Assembly (NCBI GenBank): GCA_963775805.1
Contig: CAVZKG010000001.1
Location: 1,030,996-1,094,995 of the forward strand
DNA from: an uncultured Verrucomicrobiae bacterium
GTDB taxonomy: Bacteria > Verrucomicrobiota > Verrucomicrobiia > Chthoniobacterales > JAFAMB01
DNA: 64,000 nucleotides
Reading direction: 5' to 3'
Made by a program: the position numbers and the translations under genes. Each line of letters starts with the position of its first letter. The first letter of the stretch is position 1. Under the pieces are notes generated by a model. It was not told where the DNA came from. It saw only the letters and a list, made by a program, of their open reading frames with translations, and made no database searches. Shown here one piece after another: positions 21,176 through 30,604 of this stretch.

Positions 21176-21257
21176 GCGCTTAACCTATTCGCTCTTTACT
21201 CGCCTAGTGGGATTTGCGATAGAGAGCACTCAAACGTCGAGAAACTACACTAATTTA

Positions 21258-21680
21258 ATGAAGCATTTCATCGCGAGTATTCTGTTTGCAGTATTGGCCA
21301 TAGGATGTGCAACTCAGTCCGCAAATCCGGATAACAACCTTGTCGCACGCGTCAAACAGAGTAAAGACGGACGAATTTCAAAAGAGGAATATACAACCTG
21401 GAATGTCGCGAGAATGTTCAGGCTCTATGACAGCGGCGCCAAGGGTTATGTTTCGATCGAGGATTGGCGAAGGCTTGAAGGGCCCGGTAGAGATGGGCTG
21501 TTCAAGAACCTGGATCACAATCACAATGGAAAAGTCACCGTAGAAGAAGCGGAAGCGAGTCCAAAGGTTCGCGCGTTGCTTGGTGGAAACTTTGCTGATA
21601 TCGACACTAATCACGATGGCTGGATCGATCAGCAGGAAGCGGCTGCATATCTTGCAAAACGGCTGAAGTACGTCCCGTAA
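21258..21680 (+). CDS. EF-hand calcium-binding lipoprotein
   Basis: It has a signal peptide with a lipobox (LAIGC) starting at ATG 21258. Two clear EF-hand loops are present (DHNHNGKVTVEE, DTNHDGWIDQQE), plus a weaker one (SKDGRISKEE). Confidence 0.7.
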   Translation: MKHFIASILFAVLAIGCATQSANPDNNLVARVKQSKDGRISKEEYTTWNVARMFRLYDSGAKGYVSIEDWRRLEGPGRDGLFKNLDHNHNGKVTVEEAEASPKVRALLGGNFADIDTNHDGWIDQQEAAAYLAKRLKYVP

Positions 21681-21739
21681 GCGCAACTTCAGGCGATAAC
21701 GAGAGTCGATCAGCGCGCATGAGCGAACTGTAAGAGCGC

Positions 21740-22303
21740 TTACATGGAGAGGAAGTTCGCCAATAACTTCTTGCCTTCACCCGTCATGATCGACTCTGGA
21801 TGAAATTGAACTCCATGAACCGGGTACTCCCGGTGACGCAAACCCATTATCTCGTGTTCAGATGTTTCTGCTACGATTTCAAGTTGGTCGGGCAGCGTTT
21901 CGCGCCGCACAATCAGCGAATGATACCGGGTTGCCTCGAACGGGACCGGCAACCCTTGAAACACTCCGTCCCCCTCGTGAATGATTGGCGAGGTTTTTCC
22001 GTGCATAAGACGAGCCGCACGCACAACTTCTCCGCCGTACACCTGCCCGATGCACTGGTGTCCGAGGCAAACTCCCAGAACCGGAATGTGCGGCCCAAAA
22101 TGACGGATTAGGTCGTTGCTGATGCCCGCATCATCCGGCGTCCCGGGACCAGGCGAAATGCAGATCTTTTCCGGGTGCAACTCCTCCACTTCTTCGATTG
22201 ACGTGCGATCGTTGCGTCGCACAACAAGATCCGCCCCCAATTCGCCAAAATATTGGACAAGGTTGTAGGTAAATGAGTCGTAGTTATCGAGGACCAGAAT
22301 CAT
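21740..22303 (-). CDS. trpG: Anthranilate synthase component II / aminodeoxychorismate synthase glutamine amidotransferase
   Basis: 187 aa class I GATase (GVCLGHQ, HPES). It overlaps the trpE stop by ATGA. Confidence 0.9.
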   Translation of the reverse strand: MILVLDNYDSFTYNLVQYFGELGADLVVRRNDRTSIEEVEELHPEKICISPGPGTPDDAGISNDLIRHFGPHIPVLGVCLGHQCIGQVYGGEVVRAARLMHGKTSPIIHEGDGVFQGLPVPFEATRYHSLIVRRETLPDQLEIVAETSEHEIMGLRHREYPVHGVQFHPESIMTGEGKKLLANFLSM

Positions 22304-23796
22304 AAGAGTTGCTCCGCTCTTTCGATGGCGCGGAATGTTGCCATCGCCTTGTTAACGCTCTCTTGGTATTCCAGTTCGGGCTCCGAATCAGCTACGACCC
22401 CCCCACCCGCCTGCACATACGCAACCCCATTTTGGAGCACAGTACTTCGCAATGCGATACAGGAATCGAGCTGGCCGTCGAACCCGAAATAACCGACAGC
22501 ACCCGCGTAAACGCCTCTCTTCCCTTTCTCGAACTCGTAAATGAGCTGCATCGCACGGACTTTCGGCGCACCTGAGACGGTCCCGGCCGGAAACGTCGCG
22601 CGCATCACATCGTAGGCGGTGTAGGTCTCATCTAGCTGACCCACCACGTTTGATACGATATGCATCACGTGACTGTATCGTTCGACCGCCATAAATTCGG
22701 TTAGTTTGACAGTGCCGAATTCGGAGATCCGGCCTACATCATTCCTTGCAAGGTCGACGAGCATCAAGTGTTCTGCTCGCTCTTTCGGATCTGCCAGGAG
22801 CTCTTCGGCAAGCAGTCGATCTTCGACAGAGTTGGACCCTCTCTTGCGCGTCCCTGCGATTGGACGGATCTCGACGGTACGCCCGCGCAACCGGACGTGA
22901 ACCTCCGGAGAACTCCCAACCAGCGCGAATCGTTCTCCGAGTTTCAGGCAAAACATATAAGGAGACGGGTTAACAAAGCGCAACGCCCGGTAGAGCGCGA
23001 GGGGATCCCCCTCAAATGTGGCTTCGAAACGCTGCGAAGGAACCATCTGAAAAATGTCGCCCGCTGCGATATGATCTTTCGCCTTGCGAACCATCTCGTG
23101 AAATTCTTCCCGGGTCGTATTTGACCGCGGCGTCGGTGAAGCTGTGACTGGCGCCGCATTCATCAACCGAGGCTCAGTCGGGGCTTCAAGTTGTTTGACG
23201 ATTCCCTCAATCTTTCGCGCCGCTTCGTCATACGCTCGATCAATATCTTTTCCCTCTACAAATGCGTTTGCGAAGATTTTTAAGCGCCGGAATCGATGAT
23301 CGAACACTAAAAATGTATCTGTTATGATAAAAACCATGTCCGGAAGACCAAGTTGGTCCGGAGGTGGTTCACCCACCGTCGGTTCAAAGAACCGCACCGT
23401 ATCATACCCAATATAACCCACGGCTCCCCCGCTGAATGGAGCGAGCCCGGGAATCTCGACCGGCTTGTACGTCGCCATCAGTTGCTGGAGCTCCAGCAAA
23501 GGATCAACCGCAGTCTCGAATTCACGGCTCTTGCCGTTCTCTTCGATACGAATATGCTTGCCGCGTGCTTCGAAGTAAGTCCGAGGATCACTACCCAGAA
23601 ACGAGTAGCGGCCCACGTGATCGTTACTCTCCGCCGATTCAAACAAAAACGATCGAACGCCGTTGTCGATCTTTTCAAACACCGCTATAGGCGTTTCATA
23701 ATCGGCAACAAACTCCGTGTAGACCGGAATCAAATTACCTTTTCCGGCGAGCGCAGCAAACTCGTCGCGGGAAGGTAAGAGTGGCAAAGTAGTCAT
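22300..23796 (-). CDS. trpE: Anthranilate synthase component I
   Basis: 498 aa chorismate-binding enzyme ([29 protein letters not shown]). Confidence 0.95.
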   Translation of the reverse strand: MTTLPLLPSRDEFAALAGKGNLIPVYTEFVADYETPIAVFEKIDNGVRSFLFESAESNDHVGRYSFLGSDPRTYFEARGKHIRIEENGKSREFETAVDPLLELQQLMATYKPVEIPGLAPFSGGAVGYIGYDTVRFFEPTVGEPPPDQLGLPDMVFIITDTFLVFDHRFRRLKIFANAFVEGKDIDRAYDEAARKIEGIVKQLEAPTEPRLMNAAPVTASPTPRSNTTREEFHEMVRKAKDHIAAGDIFQMVPSQRFEATFEGDPLALYRALRFVNPSPYMFCLKLGERFALVGSSPEVHVRLRGRTVEIRPIAGTRKRGSNSVEDRLLAEELLADPKERAEHLMLVDLARNDVGRISEFGTVKLTEFMAVERYSHVMHIVSNVVGQLDETYTAYDVMRATFPAGTVSGAPKVRAMQLIYEFEKGKRGVYAGAVGYFGFDGQLDSCIALRSTVLQNGVAYVQAGGGVVADSEPELEYQESVNKAMATFRAIERAEQLL

Positions 23797-24176
23797 TTTG
23801 CGTAGACGTCCTCGGGATCAAAGAGTCGCTCTTCAACAACCGGCTTCGGTTCACCGGCGAAATCGAGCTCCTGAAAAAAGCAGGTTCGATATCCCGTGTG
23901 ACAGGCACCGGAAGTTTGTTCGACGTCAAAAAGCAGCGTATCACGGTCGCAATCGGTGAACCAACGAATTACGTGCTGTGTGTGCCCGCTTGTTTCTCCC
24001 TTTAGCCATAGTTGATCGCGTGACCGGCTCCAATAGTGCATCAACCCGGTTTCCAAGGTCTTTTCAAGCGATTGCCGGTTCATCCAGGCCATCATTAAAA
24101 CTCTGCCAGGGGCGCCTGCCTCCCGCACGATCGCGGGAATCAGTCCATCGGCGGTGTACTTAAAGTCGAGGTTCAT
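23793..24176 (-). CDS. hisI: Phosphoribosyl-AMP cyclohydrolase (monofunctional HisI)
   Basis: 127 aa with MMAWMNRQSL, YWSRSR..LW.KGETSG and CDRD..L..V...G.ACHTG. Its stop overlaps the trpE ATG. Confidence 0.9.
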   Translation of the reverse strand: MNLDFKYTADGLIPAIVREAGAPGRVLMMAWMNRQSLEKTLETGLMHYWSRSRDQLWLKGETSGHTQHVIRWFTDCDRDTLLFDVEQTSGACHTGYRTCFFQELDFAGEPKPVVEERLFDPEDVYAK

Positions 24177-24230
24177 TGGTTGATCAGAAAGGAGTAACTC
24201 AGGGTGGAACTCTCTTCAAGCGAGCCTGGG

Positions 24231-24295
24231 CGGGAGGTTGGAAGGTTGGAGGTTCAAAGTTCGAGGTTTGGAGTTCGAAGTTCGAGGTTCGAGGG
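24231..24295 (+). repeat. Heptamer-type low-complexity repeat (GGTTCGA/GTTCGAG family)
   Basis: The sequence is gggaggttggaaggttggaggttcaaagttcgaggtttggagttcgaagttcgaggttcgagggg. The family recurs at 38.0, 38.2, 40.7 and 41.0 (inverted) and 63.5 kb (inverted). Confidence 0.8.
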
Positions 24296-24442
24296 GCGCA
24301 GTCAATACATAGGCAACACTTCAGGTTCAATACATCGGTAACACTTTTCTTGAGCCCACGGCGTCAGCCGTGGAAAGAGAACCATAAATGGGTCAACACG
24401 GGAGGAGTGGGCGACGGCAATTCTACCGAGGTATTCGCCGAT

Positions 24443-24800
24443 ACCGCATCCATTTGGTTGCAGCTTTCCGACTTCGCTTAAGCTACGTCGGACAGGTCTA
24501 TCGCGCTGTGCCTCAGTGGTAAACCCTTCCCGGGAATGAACAGGCGAGACGCCAATCGAAGACAGGCTGAAAGCCAATTATACTTTCAATTCCCGAACGT
24601 TCTGGCGTTTTCCCGATTTCCACGTCCGTACGGCGCGTTCAACGCGATATCGCTCTAGTCCGGACAGCAAGACTCAAAAATCCGAAACTCTGTGCCTTTG
24701 TGGTGAATTCGATTCTCTGTGCCCTCATTCCTTCCTCTGCGCCCTCCTCCGTTTCTTCAAGTCTCTGTGGTAAACCCTTTCCGGGAAAAGGCGCTTTGCC
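24443..24800 (+). repeat. Dispersed intergenic element, copy 2 (longest copy; starts with the hairpin motif)
   Basis: It begins with accgcatccatttggttgcag. It then has the ctcagtggtaaaccc-ttcccgggaatgaacaggcgagacgcc module, the aggctgaaagc..aacgcgatatcgc..gtccggacagc core, and ctctgtg/ctctgcgccctcctcc modules. It is homologous to 44163..44420 and inverted at 4337..4510. Confidence 0.75.
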
Positions 24801-25013
24801 AATTGCAAGTTGTTTATTCAGCGAAATTTTCGCGCTAAATGATGCAATAAGCTCAAACACGACTTGACGCAGTATGGTGATTTTGTGTGAGATTGAGCCC
24901 GGCATAAGCAACCAGGGTCGGTATTGTTGACATGTCGGAAGTGGTCGCTGAAAACAACGGAGTGATTGACAGAACAGACTACTGCAGCACGAGCCTCAAA
25001 AATTTGCCTACTG

Positions 25014-26075
25014 ATGAATAGCTCGAACCGACCTACAAGAGATATCGCTAAGTTGCACCGGGCCCTTCTGCTTCTGGTCGCGATTTTGCCCGGTATCGCA
25101 AAGGCGCAGGACTCCGAGCAGGTCCGATCGGTCCAGAACATATTTGCTCCGGTCGGAGTTCCGGCTGAAACCCTCAATGCAACGGCAACACTGGTGTTGC
25201 TGATCTGTCTAGTCATTTTCATCGTGGTAGGTGGACTCATGTTTTATGCGGTTGTCCGATACCGCCGCAGGCCGGACGATGACGGAAGCGAGCCGCCGCA
25301 AGTTTACGGAAGCACCGCAATCGAGTTGGCATGGACGGTTCCGCCAATCCTGATCGTCGTGGTACTGGCGTTGGCCACGGCCCGGACAGTAGGGGAAATT
25401 CAGAATCCGAAATTAAACGGCGACCCGGTAGAGGTCAGAATAATCGGCCACCGTTTCTGGTGGGAAGTAAGCTATCCTAAATACAACATCGTCACAGCGA
25501 ACGAAATCCATGTGCCTGTGAGTTACCTGAGTGCGCAGCGTCCGATAGCGTTGACGATGGGTTCCGCGGACGTCGTTCACGGATTCTGGGTCCCGGAGCT
25601 GAACGGAAAAGAATGGCTAGTGCCGGGGCGTGACAATAAATGGTGGATTCAACCGAGCTCTCTTGGAATCTATCTCGGCAACTGCACTGTTCTATGCGGA
25701 CCACAGCATGCGAACATGCTGCTGCGCATCGTTGTCGAGTCTCCGGACGACTTCGATAAATGGGTCGAAAGGGAACAGCGGCCTCCAAACGAGGACCCGG
25801 CAGTGAACACCGGTCGAACCGCGTTTGCAACGAACTCCTGCGGAAGTTGCCACACGATTGACGGTACCAAATCGAACGGAACGTTCGGCCCGAACCTTAC
25901 ACATTTTATGAGCCGTCAGACGCTGGGCGCAGGTGTGGCTCCAAATGACGATACGAACCTGAAAATCTGGCTCCACGACCCACAAGACCTGAAGCCGGGA
26001 TGTTTGATGCCGGATATGAAGCTTAGCTCGGAGCAGGTTGACGAAATCTTGGCCTACCTTAAAACGCTGAACTAA
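25014..26075 (+). CDS. ctaC: Cytochrome c oxidase subunit II with fused C-terminal cytochrome c domain (caa3-type)
   Basis: CuA site CTVLCGPQHANM with upstream His, followed by haem c motif CGSCH. The ATG at 25014 is preferred over the TTG at 24966. Confidence 0.9.
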   Translation: MNSSNRPTRDIAKLHRALLLLVAILPGIAKAQDSEQVRSVQNIFAPVGVPAETLNATATLVLLICLVIFIVVGGLMFYAVVRYRRRPDDDGSEPPQVYGSTAIELAWTVPPILIVVVLALATARTVGEIQNPKLNGDPVEVRIIGHRFWWEVSYPKYNIVTANEIHVPVSYLSAQRPIALTMGSADVVHGFWVPELNGKEWLVPGRDNKWWIQPSSLGIYLGNCTVLCGPQHANMLLRIVVESPDDFDKWVEREQRPPNEDPAVNTGRTAFATNSCGSCHTIDGTKSNGTFGPNLTHFMSRQTLGAGVAPNDDTNLKIWLHDPQDLKPGCLMPDMKLSSEQVDEILAYLKTLN

Positions 26076-26082
26076 TTAAATT

Positions 26083-27780
26083 ATGGCAGATGGAACGATT
26101 ATTGCCGAGTCAGGTACCGAGACGTTGCCGGCCAAGCCCGGAGAAGAGAAAGGAACTCTCACCGGCTGGGTGCAGGATTTGGTCTACACGGTCGACCACA
26201 AGAAGCTGGGGATGCTCTATGTCGGCACCGGCCTCTTCTTTTTAATTTGCGGCGGGATCATAGCACTCATCATTCGTGCTCAGCTGGCGTTTCCGAACGG
26301 GAAAGTGACCACGCCCGAGGAATTCAATGCCATGATCACCATGCATGGAACGGTGATGATCTTCTGGGTGGCAATGCCAATCATCTTCGGGATGATTAAC
26401 TATGTGGTACCGCTCATGATCGGAGCCAGGGACATGGCATTTCCGCGACTGAACGCATTTTCGTTCTGGCTAACATTCTTCAGCGGATTCTTTCTATTTT
26501 TCAGTTTCGTCGCCGGTCCCGGTCTTTACGGATTTAGCGGCGCGCCGGATGCAGGATGGTTCGCCATCGCGCCCCTGACCTCCACGGCTTTTTCAAAAGG
26601 CAATAGCATTGACTTCTGGTCCCTGAGCGTGCTCATCAGTGGCGTGGGTAGCATCACGGGCGGCATCAACATCATGGTGACGATTATTTGCTATCGAACC
26701 AAAGGAATGACGCTCCACCGAATGCCGTTATTTGTCTGGTTGGCTCTCGTCACAATGTTTTTGGTCGTCGTGTTTCTTCCCCCTCTTTCCGCCGCCCAGA
26801 TCATGTTGATCCTGCAGCGCTACCTGGGAGCGAAGTTCTTCGAAGCGCAGGCCGGCGGTTCAGCAATTCTCTGGCAGCATTTCTTCTGGATATTCGGTCA
26901 CCCGGAAGTTTACATCCTGGTTTTACCGGCTTTCGCCACGGTTTCGGAGGTAATTCCTGTTTTCTCGAGAAAACCGATCTTTGGCTATCCAATGATGGTT
27001 GCCGCTACGGTTCTCATCGGCTTTATCAGTGCGGGCGTCTGGGCGCACCATATGTTCGCTGTGGGTCTGAATTCGTATGGAGTTACTTTCTTTGCGATGG
27101 CGACATTAGCCATCTCTGTACCAACCGGCATCAAAATCTTTAACTGGCTGGCAACCATGTACGGCGGCAAGATCCGTTTGGAATTGCCGATGGTCTTTTG
27201 CATCGCTTTCCTGTTCCAATTTCTGATTGCCGGGTTGACAGGGGTCATGCTCGGTGTGGCACCGTTTGATTGGCAATTGAACGACTCCTATTTCGTGATC
27301 GCCCATTTCCATTATGTGATCGTAGGCGGAATTCTGTACGGGATCTTTGCATTCCTTTATTACTATTATCCCAAAGCTTTCGGCCGGATGCTCAACAAGA
27401 AACTTGGGTTCTGGCATTTCTGGCTCTTCACGATCGGATTTCATCTGACGTTTGACCCGCAGCATTTTGCAGGGTTCCTGGGTATGCCGCGCCGGATCTA
27501 CACGTATCAACCGGGACGTGGCTGGGAACTTTGGAATCTGATTTCGAGCATCGGAGCGATTTTCCAGGCGCTTGGCGCAATCTGCCTTGTGATTAATCTT
27601 CTCTGGTCGGCACGCAAAGGGGCTATCGCCGGAGACGATCCTTGGGATGCATGGACGCTGGAATGGACTACCACGTCACCGCCGCCGGACTATAACTTTG
27701 AAACGTTGCCGGAGGTTAAGAGCCGTCGTCCGCTTTGGGATTTGAAACACCCCGAGGACCCCGATTGGAAATTCGAGTAG
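26083..27780 (+). CDS. ctaD: Cytochrome c oxidase subunit I
   Basis: 565 aa, 12+ TM, with canonical haem-copper oxidase blocks (WFFGHPEVY-like FWIFGHPEVYILVLP, HHMF, HFHYV). Confidence 0.97.
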   Translation: MADGTIIAESGTETLPAKPGEEKGTLTGWVQDLVYTVDHKKLGMLYVGTGLFFLICGGIIALIIRAQLAFPNGKVTTPEEFNAMITMHGTVMIFWVAMPIIFGMINYVVPLMIGARDMAFPRLNAFSFWLTFFSGFFLFFSFVAGPGLYGFSGAPDAGWFAIAPLTSTAFSKGNSIDFWSLSVLISGVGSITGGINIMVTIICYRTKGMTLHRMPLFVWLALVTMFLVVVFLPPLSAAQIMLILQRYLGAKFFEAQAGGSAILWQHFFWIFGHPEVYILVLPAFATVSEVIPVFSRKPIFGYPMMVAATVLIGFISAGVWAHHMFAVGLNSYGVTFFAMATLAISVPTGIKIFNWLATMYGGKIRLELPMVFCIAFLFQFLIAGLTGVMLGVAPFDWQLNDSYFVIAHFHYVIVGGILYGIFAFLYYYYPKAFGRMLNKKLGFWHFWLFTIGFHLTFDPQHFAGFLGMPRRIYTYQPGRGWELWNLISSIGAIFQALGAICLVINLLWSARKGAIAGDDPWDAWTLEWTTTSPPPDYNFETLPEVKSRRPLWDLKHPEDPDWKFE

Positions 27781-27837
27781 AACCCCTTCGTGTTCTGCCC
27801 CCTGACTTTGACGAACACTAACAACAAATCTTGACGC

Positions 27838-28434
27838 GTGAGTTCACAAACCTTAGCCAGCACTGAATCAGATTGGAAGCTCCCTTCTCCGCGAGTCGTG
27901 GGAATGATCCTTGTCATTCTCACGGAGACAGCGCTCTTCACGATTTTCGTGGTGGCGTATCTCTACTATATCGGGAAAAGCCTATCCGGCCCATATCCGC
28001 ACGAAGTACTCGAACTCCCAATTCTGGGCACCATTTTGCTACTGTCAAGCAGCGGAACGATTGTGCTTGCAGAGCAAAATCTGCATAAAGGCGAGAACAG
28101 CTTATTCAATCTCTGGTGGTTGATCACTGCGCTGCTCGGGTTGGGATTTCTGGTCTACACCGGTCTCGAGTGGCACAAGCTGATCTACGAAGATCATCTC
28201 ACGATCAGCACGAACTTGTTTGGCTCGACGTTTTATTCGCTCGTGGGACTACACGCCAGCCACGTCGTAGTCGGACTTATTCTGATCCTGATGATTCTGA
28301 TCCTGAATATCACCGGGAAAATTAAACCGTATCATCACCAGCATATCATAATGATTTCCTGGTATTGGCACTTCGTCGATGCGGTCTGGATCATCGTTTT
28401 CACCGTCGTCTACGTCGTTGGTATCAAATCTTAA
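27838..28434 (+). CDS. ctaE: Cytochrome c oxidase subunit III
   Basis: 198 aa, 5 TM, subunit III-like (TGLEWHK, FYSLVGLHASHV, YWHFVD). GTG start. Confidence 0.85.
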   Translation: MSSQTLASTESDWKLPSPRVVGMILVILTETALFTIFVVAYLYYIGKSLSGPYPHEVLELPILGTILLLSSSGTIVLAEQNLHKGENSLFNLWWLITALLGLGFLVYTGLEWHKLIYEDHLTISTNLFGSTFYSLVGLHASHVVVGLILILMILILNITGKIKPYHHQHIIMISWYWHFVDAVWIIVFTVVYVVGIKS

Positions 28435-28437
28435 GCC

Positions 28438-29283
28438 ATGAGCTCACAAGAACACGGACATTCTTCAGAAGAGGGCGTCGAGTTACCGACGCCGACGGCG
28501 TGGCCGTTTATGTGCGCCTTCGGCATCACTTTGCTCGGAGTCGGTCTCGTGACCACCCTCCTGGTGACGTTGGTCGGGTTTATCATTGCGCTGATTTCTG
28601 CTGTCGGCTGGTTCCGGAGCGTATTTCCGAAGCCGCAGCATTTGCTGATTCCTTTGGCACCGGCAGATCACCGTCCGGCAGCGATCAAGGTCTCCAAAAG
28701 TCACATCAGTAATCTGCGGATTGGCCAATCAAGCCATCGTGTCCGCATCCCAGTCGAAGTGCATCGCTATTCCTCCGGCATTCTTGGAGGGTTGGCCGGC
28801 GGCGCCGCGATGGCGGTCCTGGCCATGGGCTACGGCTTGGTCGTTGAGCATAGCATCTGGTATCCAATCAACCTGATGGCGGCGGCTGGTGTGCCGGCTT
28901 TAACGAACGCGAGCTTAGCCACGTTAAGAGAATTCAGTGCAGCGGGACTGACGGTGGCAATTTTGAGTCACCTTACCTTCTCGATCTTGGTTGGTTTGCT
29001 CTACACGGTTCTATTGCCCATGTTGCCCGCGAAATTGGAATGGTTGTTCGGCGGTATTATCACCCCGCTGATGTGGACCGGACTGATTTACCCGACATTT
29101 AACTTGATCAACCCCGCGCTTGCCGCCCGCGTCGACTGGGGATGGTTTGTGATTTGCCAGGTCGCCTTCGGGCTGGTGGGCGGTTTTGTCGTATTCAAGT
29201 CGCAGAAAGTGGAAACGATGCAGAGTTGGTCGCTCGGCCAGAGAATGGGACTGCACGCGATGGGCGAAGATAAACCGGAATAA
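28438..29283 (+). CDS. Membrane protein of unknown function, embedded between the oxidase and bc-complex genes
   Basis: 281 aa with about 6-7 TM helices. The N-terminus (LPTPTAWPF...) resembles small oxidase accessory subunits. The remainder is unrecognised. Spacing to ctaE is tight (4 nt). Confidence 0.6.
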   Translation: MSSQEHGHSSEEGVELPTPTAWPFMCAFGITLLGVGLVTTLLVTLVGFIIALISAVGWFRSVFPKPQHLLIPLAPADHRPAAIKVSKSHISNLRIGQSSHRVRIPVEVHRYSSGILGGLAGGAAMAVLAMGYGLVVEHSIWYPINLMAAAGVPALTNASLATLREFSAAGLTVAILSHLTFSILVGLLYTVLLPMLPAKLEWLFGGIITPLMWTGLIYPTFNLINPALAARVDWGWFVICQVAFGLVGGFVVFKSQKVETMQSWSLGQRMGLHAMGEDKPE

Positions 29284-29304
29284 AAGAGTAAAAAGAACGC
29301 CCAG

Positions 29305-30057
29305 ATGCTGTTACGCCCATTAAACTCGATTCTGGTCATTTGCGGCCTCGCCTTGGTAAGCGGTTGCGATCGTCTGCCAGGCAAACCGACAGAAGCAGAC
29401 CGGTGGAAGCCACCGCAGGATGTCAAAGATTTTGCGGAGCTGTTTGATACGAACTGCCGAGCTTGTCACAGCAATGGGAAGACCCTCGGAGCGTCAATGC
29501 CAATGAGTAATCCCACCTACCTCGCGATCGTACCGAAAGAGGTGGTACGCAAAGTGATCACTACAGGGATTGCAGGCACCGCGATGCCCGGTTTTTCAGC
29601 ACAGGCCGGCGGATTACTGACCGAAGAGCAAATCGGGATCCTCGCGGACGGGATCTACACGTGGGCAAAGGGTCATGAAGTCCCGACGGATAATCTTCCA
29701 CCCTACAGCGCGGCGCTTGGCGATGCCAACCATGGGAAAGAGGTCTTTACGGCGGCTTGCGCAGGTTGCCACGGTGCTGAGGGCGAGGGCGTGACCGGCA
29801 AAGCCGGGGCGGTCGCTGATTCGGCCTATTTGAGTCTGGTAAGCGATCAATATTTACGAACTGTTGTCATCGCCGGTCGGCCTGATTTTGGAATGCCAGG
29901 ATTTCGCGACTACGTGGCCGGGAAGCCGCTGACACCTGAAGAGATTTCCGACGTTGTGGCCTGGCTGGCATCGCACCGAGAGGGAGCAGCCCCAGGAGAG
30001 CCCGCAAAAACCGCTGATACCAGCTCCGGAACGCAACCTTCAACCTCAAACCAGTAA
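29305..30057 (+). CDS. Di-haem cytochrome c lipoprotein
   Basis: Lipobox LVSGC is present, with two CxxCH motifs (CRACH, CAGCH), each followed by a distal Met region. The C-terminal tail is low-complexity. Confidence 0.8.
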   Translation: MLLRPLNSILVICGLALVSGCDRLPGKPTEADRWKPPQDVKDFAELFDTNCRACHSNGKTLGASMPMSNPTYLAIVPKEVVRKVITTGIAGTAMPGFSAQAGGLLTEEQIGILADGIYTWAKGHEVPTDNLPPYSAALGDANHGKEVFTAACAGCHGAEGEGVTGKAGAVADSAYLSLVSDQYLRTVVIAGRPDFGMPGFRDYVAGKPLTPEEISDVVAWLASHREGAAPGEPAKTADTSSGTQPSTSNQ

Positions 30058-30599
30058 TGACACCGAGCGAACCTGAAAACGACCATCCAATAAGTCCGGA
30101 GGCGAAGAGTTACTCCACGCGGCGTGATTTCTTGCTCCAGATCGGTGTAGTAATCAACGCCGTTGCGGCGTTTATGATCGGGATACCCCTCGTGGGATTT
30201 GTCCTCTCAAGCCTCATCAGGAGTACTCCACGCGTTTGGTTTTCCTTGGGGCCGGTGTCAAAATTTCCCGAAGGTCAAATGCGCCTTGTCACTTTTGAAA
30301 ACCCTTATCATTCGCAAGCGGATGGACAGACCGCACGATTGACCTGCTGGGTTCGACGAATCCAAGGGGACCAATTCAAGGTTTTTGCAGCAAACTGCAC
30401 CCATCTTGGATGCCCTGTACGCTGGTTTGAGGAGTCGCAATTGTTTTTGTGCCCCTGTCACGGCGGCGCTTTCTACGCGGACGGCGGACGCGCTGCGGGT
30501 CCGCCCCCGAGGGGTCTCTACGTCTACGAACATAAGGTCCAGAACGGCGAGCTGCAGATCGACGCGGGTGTTCTGCCAACATTGGCAAGCCCCTCCTAA
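30057..30599 (+). CDS. Rieske [2Fe-2S] subunit of a cytochrome bc-type complex
   Basis: N-terminal TM/TAT-like segment and cluster boxes CTHLGCPV and CPCHGG. The start overlaps the upstream stop (TAATG). Confidence 0.9.
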   Translation: MTPSEPENDHPISPEAKSYSTRRDFLLQIGVVINAVAAFMIGIPLVGFVLSSLIRSTPRVWFSLGPVSKFPEGQMRLVTFENPYHSQADGQTARLTCWVRRIQGDQFKVFAANCTHLGCPVRWFEESQLFLCPCHGGAFYADGGRAAGPPPRGLYVYEHKVQNGELQIDAGVLPTLASPS

Positions 30600-30604
30600 A
30601 TCGT

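Noticed and set aside
19724-21183. Multiple 60-143-aa ORFs called across the tandem arrays on both strands (for example MRHEMGFADHHCLQ..., HRFHRLSQI...).
   Set aside because: They are translations of the repeat itself. Because 126 bp is 42 codons, a frame stays open only in units carrying the GACAGCC variant (GATAGCC gives TAG). The sequence is low-complexity and repetitive, with no start or RBS logic.
24176-24911. ORFs of 90-101 aa in the hisI/ctaC divergent region.
   Set aside because: They are composed of the heptamer repeat (SKFEVWSSKFEVRG) and dispersed-element modules (GFTTEAQRDR...). These are repeat translations.
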